DNA of 64,000 nucleotides from the human T2T-CHM13v2.0 reference genome, Homo sapiens. A program made the translations under genes and the position numbers. Below are positions 63,360 to 64,000 of the stretch, one piece after another (the first letter of the stretch is position 1; every line of letters begins with the position of its first letter). The notes below the pieces were generated by a model. It searched no databases and was not told the origin of the DNA. It saw only the letters and a list, made by a program, of their open reading frames with translations. The stretch is taken from assembly GCF_009914755.1 (NCBI RefSeq), contig NC_060931.1. One strand, 5' to 3'.

Positions 63360-63676
63360 CATTTCTTTTCTTTCTTTTGTTTTCTTTTCTTTTTTTTTTT
63401 TTTTTGAGATAGAGTTTCACTCTCATTTTCCAGGCTAGAGTGCAATGGCACCAACTCAACCTCCATCTCCCAAGTTCAAGCAATTCTCCTTCCTCAGCCT
63501 CCCGAATAGCTGGGATTACAGGCAATTGCCACCACATCTGACTAATTTTGTATTTTAGTAGAGATGGATTTTCTCCATGTTGGTCAGGCTGGTCTCGAAC
63601 TCCCGGCCTCAGGTGATCTGTCCGTCTCCGCCTCCCAAAGTGCTGGGATTACAGGAATAAGCCACTGCGCCCGGCC
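63360..63676 (-). mobile_element. AluS
   Basis: Alu consensus; TSD-like ttgattcc on both sides. Confidence 0.85.
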
Positions 63677-64000
63677 GCTTGATTCCTTTTTTCTTTTGTG
63701 TGTATAGTACAAATTTTCATTTAGTTACCAAGAGATTTACATAACACATCTCATCGATATAACACTCTAGCTTACGATAATAACAATGCTATTTCGATGC
63801 ATAGAAAGACTCAACAGGTTTACTCTCTTCAATACACGATTTATATCGCACTTTACATTTTTTATATTGTGTATCTCATAATAAATTATTTAAGCTATAT
63901 GTATTTTGGATACTTTTGTCTTGTAGCTTTTATCCCTAAGTTAAAAGTAATTCATGCACCACCATTACAGGTGTCATTAGTATTTTATTCATTTTTCTCC

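Overview
Primate (human-like) genomic DNA, very rich in Alu and L1 elements, with no intact protein-coding gene and nothing prokaryotic (no CRISPR, rRNA or tRNA seen). The window looks like a segmental-duplication mosaic of the kind known from the human chr7 pericentromeric region; this location is inferred from gene content and was not mapped. It contains: (i) a duplicated block with a SUMF2-like 3' UTR (+) tail-to-tail with the last two exons of PHKG1 (-), the last exon carrying a 4-bp frameshifting duplication; (ii) two unprocessed SEPTIN7 exons (the P-loop exon and the '[10 protein letters not shown]' exon) on the same minus strand, with the exons between them missing; (iii) a frameshifted GEMIN7 retrocopy with target-site duplications (TSDs). 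The most unusual structures are at 42.8-46.8 kb. There, a young 5'-inverted (twin-primed) L1 carrying about 520 bp of polyadenylated non-L1 sequence is nested inside an older L1. A 487-bp local copy of the older L1's 5' junction sits 3.5 kb upstream between 10-bp direct repeats. Several Alus also contain short insertions copied from nearby DNA. The co-oriented SEPTIN7 and PHKG1 exons keep their splice sites and could in principle splice in frame into a chimeric ORF, which is a hypothesis only. Repeat subfamily names, exon numbers and gene identities come from recognition by eye and memory, not from database searches; repeat boundaries are approximate.
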